A stretch of 64,000 nt of DNA from Octopus vulgaris (GCA_951406725.2 OX597837.1:47988001-48052000), one strand, 5' to 3'; counted from the stretch's first letter, positions 1 to 16,099 are shown. The notes: generated by a model from the sequence alone, not told the origin. Numbers and translations are program-made.

Positions 1-307
1 CTAATATATATATATGACTGGATTGCCTGTGTTCAGTCTACTGCAGGATGAAGGTCTCAGCACGTTCTCTCCACCAACCATGGTCTGATGTGGAGGTCAA
101 GAATTTGAGCTTAAGATCCTACTGGTTTGATGAACCTTTGCTATTACACTGGTTTGACATGTCTTGGCAGAAGGATGCTGTCTTTTTCCTTGTTCTCTTA
201 CCCAGGAGTAGTTAAGTCGATTACCTTAACCCATCCTGAAGTCGACCTCAGCGGAATTTGAACTCTGATTAAGAAATGTTGATTTTACTTCTTTTTATTA
301 TTCACAG

Positions 308-366
308 TTGGTTCCAGAACATGTTGTGATGACACCTGAAGAGAAGTCTGAACTCTTGCAGCGATA
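308..366 (+). CDS. POLR2E: RNA polymerase I/II/III subunit RPB5, internal exon (LVPEHVVMTPEEKSELLQR + TA of Tyr codon); upstream exons lie outside the window
   Basis: Manual translation after the ttcacag acceptor matches the RPB5 motif LVPEHVVMT.EE..ELL.RY; the exon ends at a GTATCCTTT donor. Confidence 0.95.
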
Positions 367-1463
367 GTATCCTTTAGACTGTGACTGCTGCTGTTGTTGT
401 TGTTTTTTCTGTTTAAGCACATCTCCCTGCATGTGTGTGTATGTGTGTATATATACACTCACACATGCTGTTTTGCTCTCTCTTCCTCCTCTCCCCCTTT
501 CTACTTCCCTTGTGTATTTCTTTTTGTTATCATCTCTTCACTTTTCTCTCTCCCTCCTTTCCCTTCTATTTAAACCTGTGATGATGGTAAAAGACATACT
601 TCTTTAAATATGTATGCTTACACACACACACACACACACACACTCTCTCTCCTTTCATTCAAATGCACCCTTCCCCTTCACACATGAACCTGCACTCACA
701 CACACACACCTTCCCCATCTACATCCTCTTCTGAATCCTGGAATGGGTGGGATTCTGTGTTGTTACTCACCCTGCCAGAAATACTAGCTAAACGTCCCTC
801 GTCTGTTATCACTAACCACTGTAGCCTAAACTGTGGACACAAGTATGTTATCAGAAGGCTCACCATACAACTGCAAGGTTCCTGGCGGCACCATTCCTAG
901 TTTCGGTCGTCTTGGGGTGTGGCAGTGTTGATCCCGTAAACGACAAGGTACTGTTGGTCACTGATTCAGATATAAAGAGAACTAAATCAGTATTGCAGCT
1001 TGACCTGTTAGAAACAGCAACCAAATTTCTTTAAAATTATATTCTACCATCTTGGAAAAAAGAAAGGACACATGAGGCAATGTAGTGAAATGTAAAAAGA
1101 CTGGATAGCCATCGTCGGAATGTCATATAGATCTGCTCAGTGTGGGATTGTCTGGGGCCAGACAACAATAAGTAAGCAAGCAAAAGTTGGGATGGCCATG
1201 GTTGAGAGGCTTCTGATCATAGATCTGTTCAAGCAGAACTGACCTAGGGCTAAACAACAGCATGATGCTCTCTTTCTTCCTCCTCATTCCACTTAAGAAC
1301 TTTGTTTTCTCCTTAATTACTCTGTTGAGGTCAACTTTGCCTTTCATCCCTTTCAGGGTTGGTAAAATAAATACTTGTCATGTACTCAGTGGGGGGGGGG
1401 GACATAATCGACCCCCGTCCCCCCAAAAAAAACCTTTATTTTCTCCTTAATTCTTGTCACCAG
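367..1463 (+). other. POLR2E: U12-type (minor spliceosome) GT-AG intron of POLR2E
   Basis: 5' splice site GTATCCTTT is the exact U12 consensus; branch site TCCTTAAT at 1444-1451 with the branch A 13 nt before the CAG end; reading frame joins (TA|T = Tyr). Confidence 0.9.
1319..1430 (+). mobile_element. Truncated SINE fragment (family A) inside the U12 intron, flanked by imperfect ~21 bp direct repeats
   Basis: gaggtcaactttgcctttcatccctttcagggttggtaaaataaatac resembles the fuller copies at 22983 and 53121; direct repeats at 1298-1318 and 1431-1452. Confidence 0.7.
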
Positions 1464-1542
1464 TAAGTTAAAGGAATCACAATTGCCCCGTGTCCAACAA
1501 GGAGACCCTGTTGCCAGGTATTTTGGACTGAAGAGAGGTCAG
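1464..1542 (+). CDS. POLR2E: RPB5 exon (Y)[26 protein letters not shown]
   Basis: Translation matches the RPB5 C-terminal domain ([17 protein letters not shown]); CAG acceptor and GTAGGC donor; phases fit both neighbouring exons. Confidence 0.95.
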
Positions 1543-1776
1543 GTAGGCAGCTTTGTTATCTTTTTTTCTTTTTTCTTTTTGACTTCTCTCATTCATCCAC
1601 AACTTTTCTTTCTTTGGTATGGCCTGTCCTAGCTCTGTGTGATGATGGTCTCTGAATGTGGGATGGAGCATGGCTCTGTGAAACGTTATTTCATCTGGCT
1701 GTGTGTGGTTTAGCAGTGTATGGCTGGACCCAGTTGTGTATGTATAGTGCAGTCACTTACTACAGAGAACCCCTTC

Positions 1777-2530
1777 TATTAGGTTAGTGCATAATTATTG
1801 CAGCTTTTTTTCAACAAATTTTATTCAACAAAAACATCTTTAAATGACGGTCAATTTTTTTCATAAAAATGCGTATCGAAAATCAGATCCACGTTCGTCA
1901 TTTTCTGCTCTACCACTTTGAGAAAGGTTGGAATGCAACACAGTAATTTCACGATCTCAATGAAGGTTTTGGTGAAGGAACACTCAGCAAAAGCCAAGTT
2001 GAAAGATGGTTCAGGAAGATCAAATCGGGTGATACAAACCTTGCAGATGAAAAAGGAAGGGGTTGACCATCAAATTTCAACGATCAGGCACTTTTGGCAG
2101 CTTTGGTAGTGGACGAAAGCTTGACAAGAAGAATGTTGGCTGAAGACTTCAATGTGGACCATTCAACCCTATTGTCTTCCACCATAATACGTGTCCACAT
2201 GTTGAGCGTTGTGTCGTTGAATCTATTGCCAATAAGGGCTGGGAACTGCTTCTTCTTCCGCCATATTCTCCCACAAGCGCATCCGGACTATCACATCAAT
2301 CGCTGACAAATTGGCTCACAAACAAAGTTTCCAACAACTTGGATGACTTGGTGGCCACTGTCAAAGAATGGATTGCCTCTAAAAACAGTAACTTCTTCGC
2401 CCGTGGAATCAACCGTTTGCCAAGCAAATGGGAAGCAGTAATTGAAGTAGATGGTGAATATGCTCTAGAATAATCATTTAAAAATGTTTTTGTTGAAAAA
2501 AGCTGCAAGAATTATGCACCAACCCAACAT
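1777..2530 (+). mobile_element. Internally deleted mariner transposon with transposase pseudogene
   Basis: ~30 bp TIRs (ttaggttagtgcataattattgcagc / gctgcaagaattatgcaccaacccaa); HTH region (LLYHFEKG..VERWFRKIKSGDTNLAD) and frameshifted YSP..A.SDYH..KWEAVIEVDGEY C-terminus. Confidence 0.85.
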
Positions 2531-3560
2531 TTAAATGAATTTCCCCAAAACCTCAAACTTTGGAAACTTCTCTATTCTTTAAACTAATTTAACTAACAAC
2601 AATCATTTTGTCAGTTTCCTTTTTCAAATATTTAATGTTATGTTACTAATTGTATTTTACACTAATTATCTCCATCATCATTTAACGTCCGTGTTCCATG
2701 CTAGAATTATATTAAATTAAATTATTCGATGTAACTGAGGAGGCAGTCTTTTGTAATTTTGAGCACAGAACATGTAAGTCACTTTTTCTAGGCTTGGTGG
2801 GTTGAACTGCTGGAAGTGTTGACTCTGTGTGTAATATTGAGGTTGAAGTGGCAACAGCAACAGCAGTTCTACTCCACCATCTCTCATTAAACAACTGGCC
2901 TCTGGTTAAAATGATTTTTGTATCCCCCCACCTCAATGCTTATATTTAAGAGTGTGTATACCTTTATATGTTTGTAATAAGTATAATTTAAATACGTGTA
3001 TATTGTTATGCTTTGCTCTATACAATAAGTTTACATTTTATATACTTTCTGGTCTCAATATAAGTGGGAATTGAGTAACACACACACACACAACGTTTTA
3101 TTGACTGAATCAGATGAATTCTTATCCTTTAAACAACGTTCTTTCCACAATTTCTGACAATGAATCTCTTGTACAAGATTTTCACCTGTCATACGATGTG
3201 TTATTTTGGGAATATGATGTTTGTTTTTGTCAGATTTCATGGTGTTTGTGAAAAATTATGAAATGCTAATTTTCAAAGCAATATTGGACTAAATGAATCC
3301 AATTTCTAATTTGTATAATTGCAATAATTATACGTTATCAATAATAATAATTAGTTAACCTAACAGTTAACACTTGTATTTCACAACCAACGGAGATAGC
3401 TTTAGTAAGATTGGAGTTATCTCCCTTCGTATGTTACGATTTATTAATATGGATTAACGAAAGAGGCCGGTTTCTATAAAGACACACACGCGCGTTTTGT
3501 ATTTATTTTGTAAGATGTTTGGTGTGGAATTTTGTGTTGAACCATTTAATGTATAAATAA

Positions 3561-3670
<110 letters not shown>

Positions 3671-3744
3671 TATATATACATATATATATTTTATATATAC
3701 ATATATATATATATATTATATACATATATATATACATATATATA

Positions 3745-4250
3745 TCTATATATATAAAACTCTAGTTGTGTGAGTGTCTGTCCCCTTCGATCTAGATTCC
3801 TAACTCCTCCCACATTTTGCGGTGCAGTTTAACCAAATTCGGGTATCTTATAGTCGTGATTCATATCGAGCCCGTCTGACTATTAGCGCGCGTCAACGAT
3901 GAGTCTACGATTTTAAAAATAATTTAACATCATTTTTTATTCCATTTTAATGCATAAAATGCATCGTGTGTCGATGGCGGCGGAGTTGGCGTCCACGCTC
4001 ACAGCTGCACCTGTTTGCTTCTCCCCCTTCCCTCCCTCGTGAAGCTGTGGGGAAGGGAGTGTAAAGAAATCAACGTCGTAATGCGATGTGAAGGAAACCA
4101 GCGTTCTTTTAGAACAATGACTTCATGGCTTGAAGACACCAAAACAAAAATGGCTAAGAAAGCCCGAATTTATAAGGGAAGTAACTCTCTAAAAATGCTT
4201 ATATAGTTATTTCCCTTACAAACCCGAGCAACGCCGGGCGATACTGCTAG
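3745..4250 (+). mobile_element. Non-autonomous Helitron inserted in a TA microsatellite
   Basis: 5' TC and 3' CTAG ends inserted between A and T; subterminal hairpin cccgagcaacgccggg ~10 nt before CTAG. Confidence 0.75.
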
Positions 4251-4724
4251 TATACATATATATATATATACTTATATATATACATATACATACATATACA
4301 TATACATATGTATATATACATATACATATGTATATATACATATATACGTATATATATACACATATATACATATATACGTATATATATATATACATATATA
4401 CGTATATATATATATATATATATACGTACATATATACACATATATATATACATATATACGTATATATATACACATATATATATGCATATATACGTATATA
4501 CATATATATGTATATATACGTATATACATATATATGTATATATACATATATACGTATATATATGTATATATACGTATATATATGTATATATACGTATATA
4601 CATATATATGTATATATACATATATACGTATATATATGTATATATACGTATATATATGTATATATACATATATGTGTATATATATGTATATATACATATA
4701 TGCGTATATATATGTATATATACG

Positions 4725-4758
<34 letters not shown>

Positions 4759-4762
4759 TACG

Positions 4763-4795
<33 letters not shown>

Positions 4796-5461
4796 GTACG
4801 TATATATATATATGTATATATACATATGTACGTATATATATATATGTATATATACATATGTACGTATATATATATATGTATATATACATATGTACGTATA
4901 TATATATATGTATATATACATATGTACGTATATATATATATGTATATATACATATGTACGTATATATATATATGCATATGTACGTATATATATATATATG
5001 TATATATGCATATGTACGTATATATATGCATATGTACGTATATATATATATATGTATATATGCATATGTACGTATATGTATATATGCATATGTACGTATA
5101 TATATGTATATATACATATGTACGTATATATATATGTATATATGCATATGTACGTATATATATATATGTATATATGCATATGTACGTATATATATATGTA
5201 TATATATATATGTACATATGTATATATATATATGTACGTATATATATATATGTATATATATATATGTACGTACATATATATATATGTATATATACGTATA
5301 TATGTATATATACATATGTACGTATATATATATATGTATATATACGTATATATACATATATATATATATGTATATATACGTATATATACATATATATATG
5401 TATATATACGTATATATACATATATATATATATGTATATATACGTATATACGTATATATAC

Positions 5462-5494
<33 letters not shown>

Positions 5495-5547
5495 TACGTA
5501 TATATATGTATATATACATATATACGTATATATACATACGTATATAT
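4251..5547. repeat. Compound (TA)n microsatellite/minisatellite with CGTA, TGTA, CATA and TGCA interruptions
   Basis: Directly visible; source of the Y/I-rich spurious ORFs in all six frames. Confidence 0.95.
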
Positions 5548-5851
5548 GGACGCTAAATGATGATGATGATGATATATATAGTAGTATGTTACGAAAAGAA
5601 AATATAAAATACACGTGGAAATGTAAGGGTAAAATATGAAAAATCAACGAAAATGCATATTGCTAATAGAAAAAGGCTATTTATGACAGGTAGGGACAAA
5701 TATATACATTTAGATTGACTGAGGTAGTAATATGAGTCATAAAGGTCATTATTATGAGATGATAATAAAGTAAGAGAACAAAACGAACCATATATATACA
5801 TATATATATACGCATATACATATATATATATACATATATATATATATACAC

Positions 5852-5883
<32 letters not shown>

Positions 5884-6732
5884 GCATATATATATACACA
5901 CACATATATATATAAGGAATTGAAATGACATGGTAACAAGAACTTTTGCAATGAACACTTCATTAGCTTGCAGATGTATGTAACCCTGGGGTTGGGAACT
6001 GCCCACCCCCACACACATATACAGGGTGCGGTGGATATATTGTCGTCTAAATTTTGCAAAAATGAAAATAACACTGACATCCCCTTTTAACCGTTATATT
6101 TACCAAAATTACATAAAAAATACCCAGGGAGTGAATCTTGTTGTCAATAATTTGTCTTTGTTGAATTGTGTTGTGAATATTTTTCAAACTCCCAGGTTAT
6201 GTCAATTGATGAACCAGACACAAATACTGCTGGGGCTTGCACTTTCTCTGTCTCTTTGTGGCCCAGGCGACTTTTCACTTCTTTTTTCATGAGGTCTGCT
6301 TTGGTTATCCAAAGGTTTACCCTCTTCTCCTCTCCAGTGGTTTGTCTGGGTCAGAACAATGTACTGGTGGTGGGTGGGAAAGGATAGTTTTATAGAAAGG
6401 CTTCGTATAGACCTTGTAGTTCTTCTACCATTATTGGTCGGTCAAATGTGTTGACCAAACACTTTATTGTTGTTGAGTCCAGGATTAGTCTTAATCAGTC
6501 TTTCCAAACCTAATGTATGTTTATAGGGAGATGTGTGTGTGTGTATACCTCATAGAGATATCACCATCAAATCTGTGCTATCTTTTAAATTTGTTTACGG
6601 TAACATTAGGGGTTATGCAAATAAAGCCCCTATTTCATTATGCCAGTTACCGGCTAATGATACTGACTAGGGAGTCAGATTTTCAGGGCTGCATCGTGGT
6701 TACACTGATATAATGTAGGTTAAATATAATAG

Positions 6733-7338
6733 TAATAATAATAATAATAAATACCCTGATGCAGTTCGAGGCAGTGGCTCTCATGACTTCTGATCTTAAC
6801 TGATTGGAAGTGTTATCATGTACATTGTTTTGTCTTGGTATAAAAGATGGGCTACAGCAAATATTCTGCTCAATACCACAGATATGCTTGTCAGTTGTTT
6901 CACCTTAACCAGTTGACCTTGTCCCTTAGTGGCTGACAATATGTGCATCTCTGACTACAAGCAGAAGTATATATACATATATATGCATGCCATCAAAGTG
7001 ACACTGGGGTAAAATATACGAAGCCCAGTATACCAATCATGACTACCCATCTGATAAGGATACACCAGGTACATGCATCACAACCATGAGTGCACGACAT
7101 GGTGATCTCATATCAAGATAAACAGTGCATGACCTTGCAGGTGGGGCCCAGTTAGAATTTTCTTCTGGTTGAGTAACCTATCCCTCTCAAAAGGTCTTTG
7201 AATAAGGGTTGTTTAAGGACGTTGAACGAAACACCCATGTTTCCAGAGGTGAATTATTCAAACCCCAAAGAATCCCTCTCAACACATGGCTATGGTGCTC
7301 CCCCACTACTTCTGCTTGTGATCAGAGATGCACATATC
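6733..7338 (-). mobile_element. Retroposon with (TAT)n tail and an apparently inverted 5' part
   Basis: Tail 6733-6751; 6939-6969 is the near reverse complement of 7307-7337. Confidence 0.5.
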
Positions 7339-7340
7339 AT

Positions 7341-7519
7341 ATTTCTTTATTGTCTACAAGGGGCTAAACATAGAGGGGACAACTGGTACTTTATTTATCA
7401 AACCCCCCCCGAAAGGATGAAAGGCAAAGTTGACCTCGGCAGAATTTGAACTCTGAATGTAACGACAGACGAAATACTGCTAAGCATTTCGCTCGGCGCG
7501 CTAACATGTCTGCCAGCTC

Positions 7520-7520
<1 letters not shown>
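7341..7520 (-). mobile_element. tRNA-derived SINE, family A
   Basis: Reverse complement of gagctggcaga...gttagc.cgccg..cgaaatgcttagc.gtatttcgtctg...gagttcaaattc as at 22983. Confidence 0.85.
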
Positions 7521-10262
<2,742 letters not shown>

Positions 10263-13202
10263 ACAACAAACACAGTTGTTCATTTTTAAATAGAACAAAT
10301 ATTGTTGTTGTTGTAATTACTTACCCCCAGATATCAGCTATAATCTAACAGATCCAAAGATCAAAGAGAGAGACATTCCAGCAAAGACCATCCTGACTAT
10401 TGAAGGCAGTAAGAATTTGGTTGCTATTTCTGAATGATTGAGTAGTCATGTAGAAGCTTCATTATCTGTTGTTATTGTTGGTGGTGGTGATAAAGAGGTT
10501 GAAAGATGAGGATCAGTTTGTTCACCTTTTAGAGGTCCTTTAGGGGCCAGAGACGAGGAAGGGGCAGCTGTCATTGTATCAACAATCCATTGTTGTGTAA
10601 ATTAAAGCTAGGGTCTATAGACCTGGCATTGACATGTAGGGGGAGGCAGTTGACTTTGCTGTACACTGCCGAGTGGCTCCATCTGGTGAAGGCTGTTGTT
10701 GTCTGCTGTCCATTCACAACCTTCTTTCCTCCTCTTCCTCACCTTTCTTTTACCTGTGGTTGGAGTTAAGTATTGCTGTCACCTTTTCATTAGTGGTGGT
10801 GATGATGATGATGATGGTGGTTGGTATGTTCCTTCTGTTTCCATTTAATCAGACAACACACACACACATTACTGCCACCATCAGCACCACCACATCTCTC
10901 CTTACCTGGGTAGTATGAAGGTTGGGTTCAGTAACCCTAATCGTACCCCATTGTCAACCCCATTTTTCATGATCCCAGCTGTTGTCAGCCCCCCAACCAC
11001 TCCTCCCCATCCATCATTTTACCAGTCTGGAAGGTAGACAAGTGGATGGTGGCAGGGCAGGGGTGTTAAGAAACTAGGTTGGACATTCTTAAAAGTGGAA
11101 GAAGAGATCATCATCACTTTCCCTGAGGCCTATCTGCTCAGACACCATCAACCCATAACTTAATCTTTCAGGCACAACCAAAAAAGAGAGGCTGGCTTCT
11201 GTGGACCCATTGGCAGAATTGTTTCATTCTTTGCATTCTGAGTTCAACTCTTGCTCATGTTTGCTTTTTCATTCTTCAAGAATCAATAAAGAAACTAGTT
11301 TTCAGTGGATGAACATCAGTTGTGATGCCTTGGTATATGTGCTCCAGGCCTTCTGAGTTCAAATCCCACCATGGCCTACCTGGATGGCACACTTGTAATC
11401 TAGTTTTACACTGCCAACTGACACTCTGGGTATCTTTAGTAGGGTCCATTCTGTTGTAAGCATTGAGGCCAGGTTCACCTCCCCCCCCCCACATACATCA
11501 CCACACTTGAAGGCCCTGAAGATCATCATAGGACTCATCATCATCAGCATCTCCTTTTCCTTGTTTGCATGGGACAGAATGAATTCCTTGAGGCAGATTT
11601 TCTACAACTGGGTGCCCCTCCTGTCACCAACCTTCACCTCTTTCCAAAAAGGTCATATTCCTCCATGGCCAGACATGTTTCTCATGCAAGATTGGAAATG
11701 AAGGCCACCACATGTATGACAATGGCACTCTCTCACAACTATCATTTGCTGTCAAGGCAAGGCTATGCCCGAACTCAAACACATACATACACACATACAT
11801 ACATGGATGCAAATTTTCAAACCTAATACTTTTTGAATCTTGGCCTGAATTACAACATGGAGGTCCTGAACGTTTTCTGCATGTCTGTCCCTTGTAACTT
11901 AGACTGTAATGAGACAAGTGTAACATAGAATTGAACATAACCCAATCTTTATTTTCACACACACACACACATACATAAATGGCAATTTCTGTCTGTCACC
12001 ATCTTGCTGCCTCGACTAATGAACCAATCTTGACGAAACATTGCATACATGTTAAACTAACATCAAGTTCAGTTATAGGCTAATTTGATTCGAATAAAAA
12101 TATATAATGGGCCTCCTAGTGGTGGTGGGTGGTGGGGGTATTATATGATAAAATGAGTGTGGCTAATATCAGGGAAGGGGACAACAGTTTTGTAAGCGAC
12201 AAATATGGAGTGGCAGTGAAATGGTAACGTTAATACAGCAGTCGTTTATGGATACAACCATGCATGCTTTCAATCTTTCTTTCTCTTGCCCCCTCTCTTT
12301 CTCTCTCTCTCTCTTGCCCCCTCTCTTTCTCTCTTACACACACTCACAAATCTATAGAAAGGTATTTGACGTTTAAACCAAAATTATCCAGAAATAACCA
12401 AAGTATTCTATTTTCCCATTTATGAGCAGGTGATAAAGAAATTATCACCTGCTAAATACTTGGATCACTTTTCTTTTCACAAAGACGTTTCAATTCAACA
12501 TTGGAGTGGAGTACCACCTTATCAGTTGTCTTTTTTATTATTTCCAAAATTATAATCACTCATTCATCTATCGCAGTTAGAAAGACAGATTTTTAAAGGG
12601 AAAATTGCTATCACTTGGTATCCTATCTCTCTTGGTGCTGTAACCAGACATTCTGATTCTGTTTTTAGAAATTGTAATTGCTTATCACTTTTCCGTCCTG
12701 CTTAATTTTAAAGTTATGTACAGTAACTAAATCTTCCTGATTTCTTTTCCTTGAAGTATTTACTTCAAAACACAGGAGATTTTGATTCCACACAAAAATT
12801 AGGGTTAGCGTTGGGGGTTTAATATTAGGATTAATATTGTGGCCTAGATTTTAGAGATAAAATAAGGATTAGAATCTTGTTCTGAGGGTTTGCATTTAAT
12901 GTTTCGTGTTAGCGCTTAGGATTGCAATTTTGGGTTAGGGTAAGGATTAGTTTAAGCAGAAATTGAAAAGGGATTCAAAAAGATTTGAATTTGTGTACAA
13001 ATTTTTACAGAATTAAATTTCCATGTTTGGAATTTGGATATCAAACAAAAATATATTCTTAAAAGAAGAAAAATAAAAAGGTCTACAAAGCAGTGTCCTT
13101 AGCCCGAAATTTCATTGAGTTTTTTTTTCTTTTTTCAAAAAGATTTACTAATTCTGCTGGTACATAAACATGCGCACTACATGTGCACATTCCTACAGAC
13201 AG

Positions 13203-13326
13203 TCATGGGTGTGGGGGTTCAGAAGCTCACCGTCCAACCACATGGTTTCGGGTTTGGTCCCACTGCATAGCACCTTGAGCAAGTGTTTTCTGCTACAGCC
13301 CCAGGCCAGCCAAAGCCCTGTGAGTG
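13203..13326 (+). mobile_element. SINE family B, 5' fragment
   Basis: caaccacatggtttcgggtttggtcccactgcatagcaccttgagcaagtg matches other family B copies. Confidence 0.65.
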
Positions 13327-15101
13327 CAGGTATGCATAGAAAGGTAAATCGATCCTCCACCTCGTGCAGTGATGGCTAGTCAGGTGTTTGATCAACTGAA
13401 CTTCTAGACTCATCGTGTAAGTGGTTGTATATACCGAAGATGTAGGATGTGTTTTAACAAATAAAACTCTTTCCATTCGACGTTTCCAGTTACCACAAAT
13501 TGAGATTTCGTATCTGTTCAGTTATGTTGCATCCAGAATGTGGCTTCCTATACACACACACACGCACTCGCGCACAAGAGTTGAAATAATATTCTTAATT
13601 AAAATTCTTGGATTGTAATTATTGCAGTTGCAGTAATTGCTAGGTTGGGAAGTAGGTGTGGCGGGTGGTGAGTATGGTATCACCCACCCGAACACCATCA
13701 TTCCTACCACACAATATCGTCACCCCAACCTTATTGATGTGAATGGTACGAGTATTGTCTATCAAGGATTACATTTTCCCAATGTGGCCCCTTTTTTCAA
13801 GAAGACGAATTGCGAGTAAAGGGGGATTTGGTTGCTATTTCTAGAAGATGAAATTACCACGTGGAGTTTCTCATTTTCGCTCATGACGGCGGCGGAGGAA
13901 ACAGGATAATGAGTGAGATGATGGTGGCGGTGGTGTTGAGAGGAGGAGGAAATGGTGGTAGTGGTGACAACAACAGCAGCCACGTGCTCTGTGAGACCCG
14001 CCCCTCCCTCTCTATTGTAACTCTTCCTTCTCTCTTAATTGTAAACCCCTCCTCCCCTTTTATTTCATGAATTCCTGCCGCCCCCCCTCCCTTTTCGTAA
14101 TTGATCTCTTTCACTTTGTCCATCTCCCTCTCTATTTGCTTTGTATGTGTGTGTCGGTGCTTGATCGTGTCTGTGTGTGTATATATATGTGTGTGTGTGT
14201 GTGTGTGTATACACACACACCCACGAGCAAGCACCGACACACAGACACACACGCACATATTTATAAATCACGTATATTTGTGCGTGCCCGTCTCTGTTTA
14301 GATTTATAGACATACATGTCTCTCTCTCACACGCACACACACACACAACCATGTACATTTTGTGTGTGTGTGTGTGTGTAGTCCTTTCGTCACTCCGTGT
14401 GTAATTAACGTGTCTGTGTGTGATGTAAGTAGAAACATTATCGTTAGAGATATTCGTGTTTATGTTCTGCGTGAGTCTAAATGCTGAGAACGAGAGCAGA
14501 GACATCGCTTCAGCGTGTTTTGTGCTGGTGGTGGTGGTGGTGCTGCTGGTGCAGGTGGTGGTGCTGGTGCAGGTGGTGGTGGTGGTGCTGGTGCAGGTGG
14601 CGGTGGTGGTGCTGGTGCTGGTGCAGGTGGCGGTGGTGGTGTCTGTAGTAAGTGCGATGTGTAAGCAGACTGACTGGGTCAATATATGGGTCAGGAGGTC
14701 GCGTGTGAGTGTATATATATATGTACGTACGTATGTATGTATGTATATATATATATATAGGTCAATATGTCACACCGATTCTGGTGAATAAATTGAAACG
14801 TAGGAAACGGTCTGGAGTGAAAGTTTTTTTGTATTAAATTTGTTTTTAGATTTGTAAATCAGTTGCTGTACTTCCGTCTGTGTGTCAGCGAGTGAGAGAG
14901 AGAGAGAGAGAGAGAGATGGGAGAGAGAGAGAGGGGGAGAGATTTGATGTCAGCTGTGCGTGTGTGAAGCTGTTTCTCACTGGCTTTCTCTGTACACACC
15001 TCTTGTCAACTGTTTATTCTGGAGACGAGAGAGAGAGAGGGAGAGGATGTATGAATGAGATGCGGCAGAATGGTGAGAACCTCGGGCTGGGGGGAGGGGA
15101 C

Positions 15102-15330
15102 AGGCAGGCAGGGCTGTGCAGCGAAAAGTGTTCGTCTTGCAATCACCTGGTTTCAAGTTCAGTCCCAGCAAGGGGCACCTTCGGGCAAGTGCCGCCCTGT
15201 GGTTGGTTTTGGTAGATGAAAACTGTACGGAAGCCCGTCGTGTCTATTTGTGTCAGTCGCTGCTCAGCAACTGATGTTGGTTTGTTTTCATCCCTATAAT
15301 TGTCGCTTCGTATACAAATCGGGTGTTGAT
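15102..15330 (+). mobile_element. SINE family B, degraded
   Basis: ggttt.aagttcagtccca..ggcacctt.gggcaagtg...ggtagatgaaaactg..gaagcccgtcg. Confidence 0.6.
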
Positions 15331-15685
15331 TGCAAACATCTGCAGATAAGTTTTGCTGCTTGTTCTAATTTAAATTATTTGCCACAAGTTTTCAATTGAA
15401 AGGGATAAAAAAAAAAACAAGAGTCTTTGCATGCCCACCCCTCCTCCCATCAATTAACGTAACTCTAAAACTTTTCAGAAATTAACAATTGTAATAAATA
15501 TTTGATTAACGATGATTAAATAGAAGCTTATAGATTATGGCAAATTAATTAGTTTGACTGGGGAAGAAGACCTTATACGGATGACCCTGTATTTAGTAAT
15601 TAGTAACAACAACAGCAAGAGTAATCAATACAGGGTGTATATTTATGGTACCTACCTACATATATATATATATATATATATATAT

Positions 15686-15889
15686 ACACTATATTTGTGA
15701 AAAAGGCAAAAGTGTTAATAAATGTGGTCGGATTGACCTGAAAATTTGCACACCTCTGTTAAAAATGGTGGGGAGTTTGCATGGCAACTTTGAGCTTGCT
15801 CAATTGAAAGGTGTTCCCTCTAGGGCAAAATTCCTCATCTTTAAAATGTGGCCCGAGTAGACCCGAATGAAATCGGGTTTTAATACTAG
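15686..15889 (+). mobile_element. Short non-autonomous Helitron-like element
   Basis: 3' hairpin acccgaatgaaatcgggt followed by CTAG|T, embedded in (TA)n; 5' end uncertain. Confidence 0.5.
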
Positions 15890-15906
15890 TGTATATATAT
15901 ATGTAT

Positions 15907-15940
<34 letters not shown>

Positions 15941-16068
15941 ATAGTGTGTGTGTGTGTGTGTATATAGGGAGAGTTTACGAAAAAAACAAAAGACGAAGAC
16001 AGGGGGTGTACAAAACAAACAGATGTAATTAGTATAACGCTCAGGAATATTTTGTGTGCGTGTTTGCG

Positions 16069-16099
<31 letters not shown>

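Noticed and set aside
12795-12950. Degenerate TTAGGG-like words (also CCCTAA x3 at ~58663-58685)
   Set aside because: Too short and degenerate for a telomere or fusion site; probably internal to repeats
14065-14791. Thr-rich and Val-rich ORFs
   Set aside because: GTG/GCTGGTGCAG simple repeat with no splice or homology support
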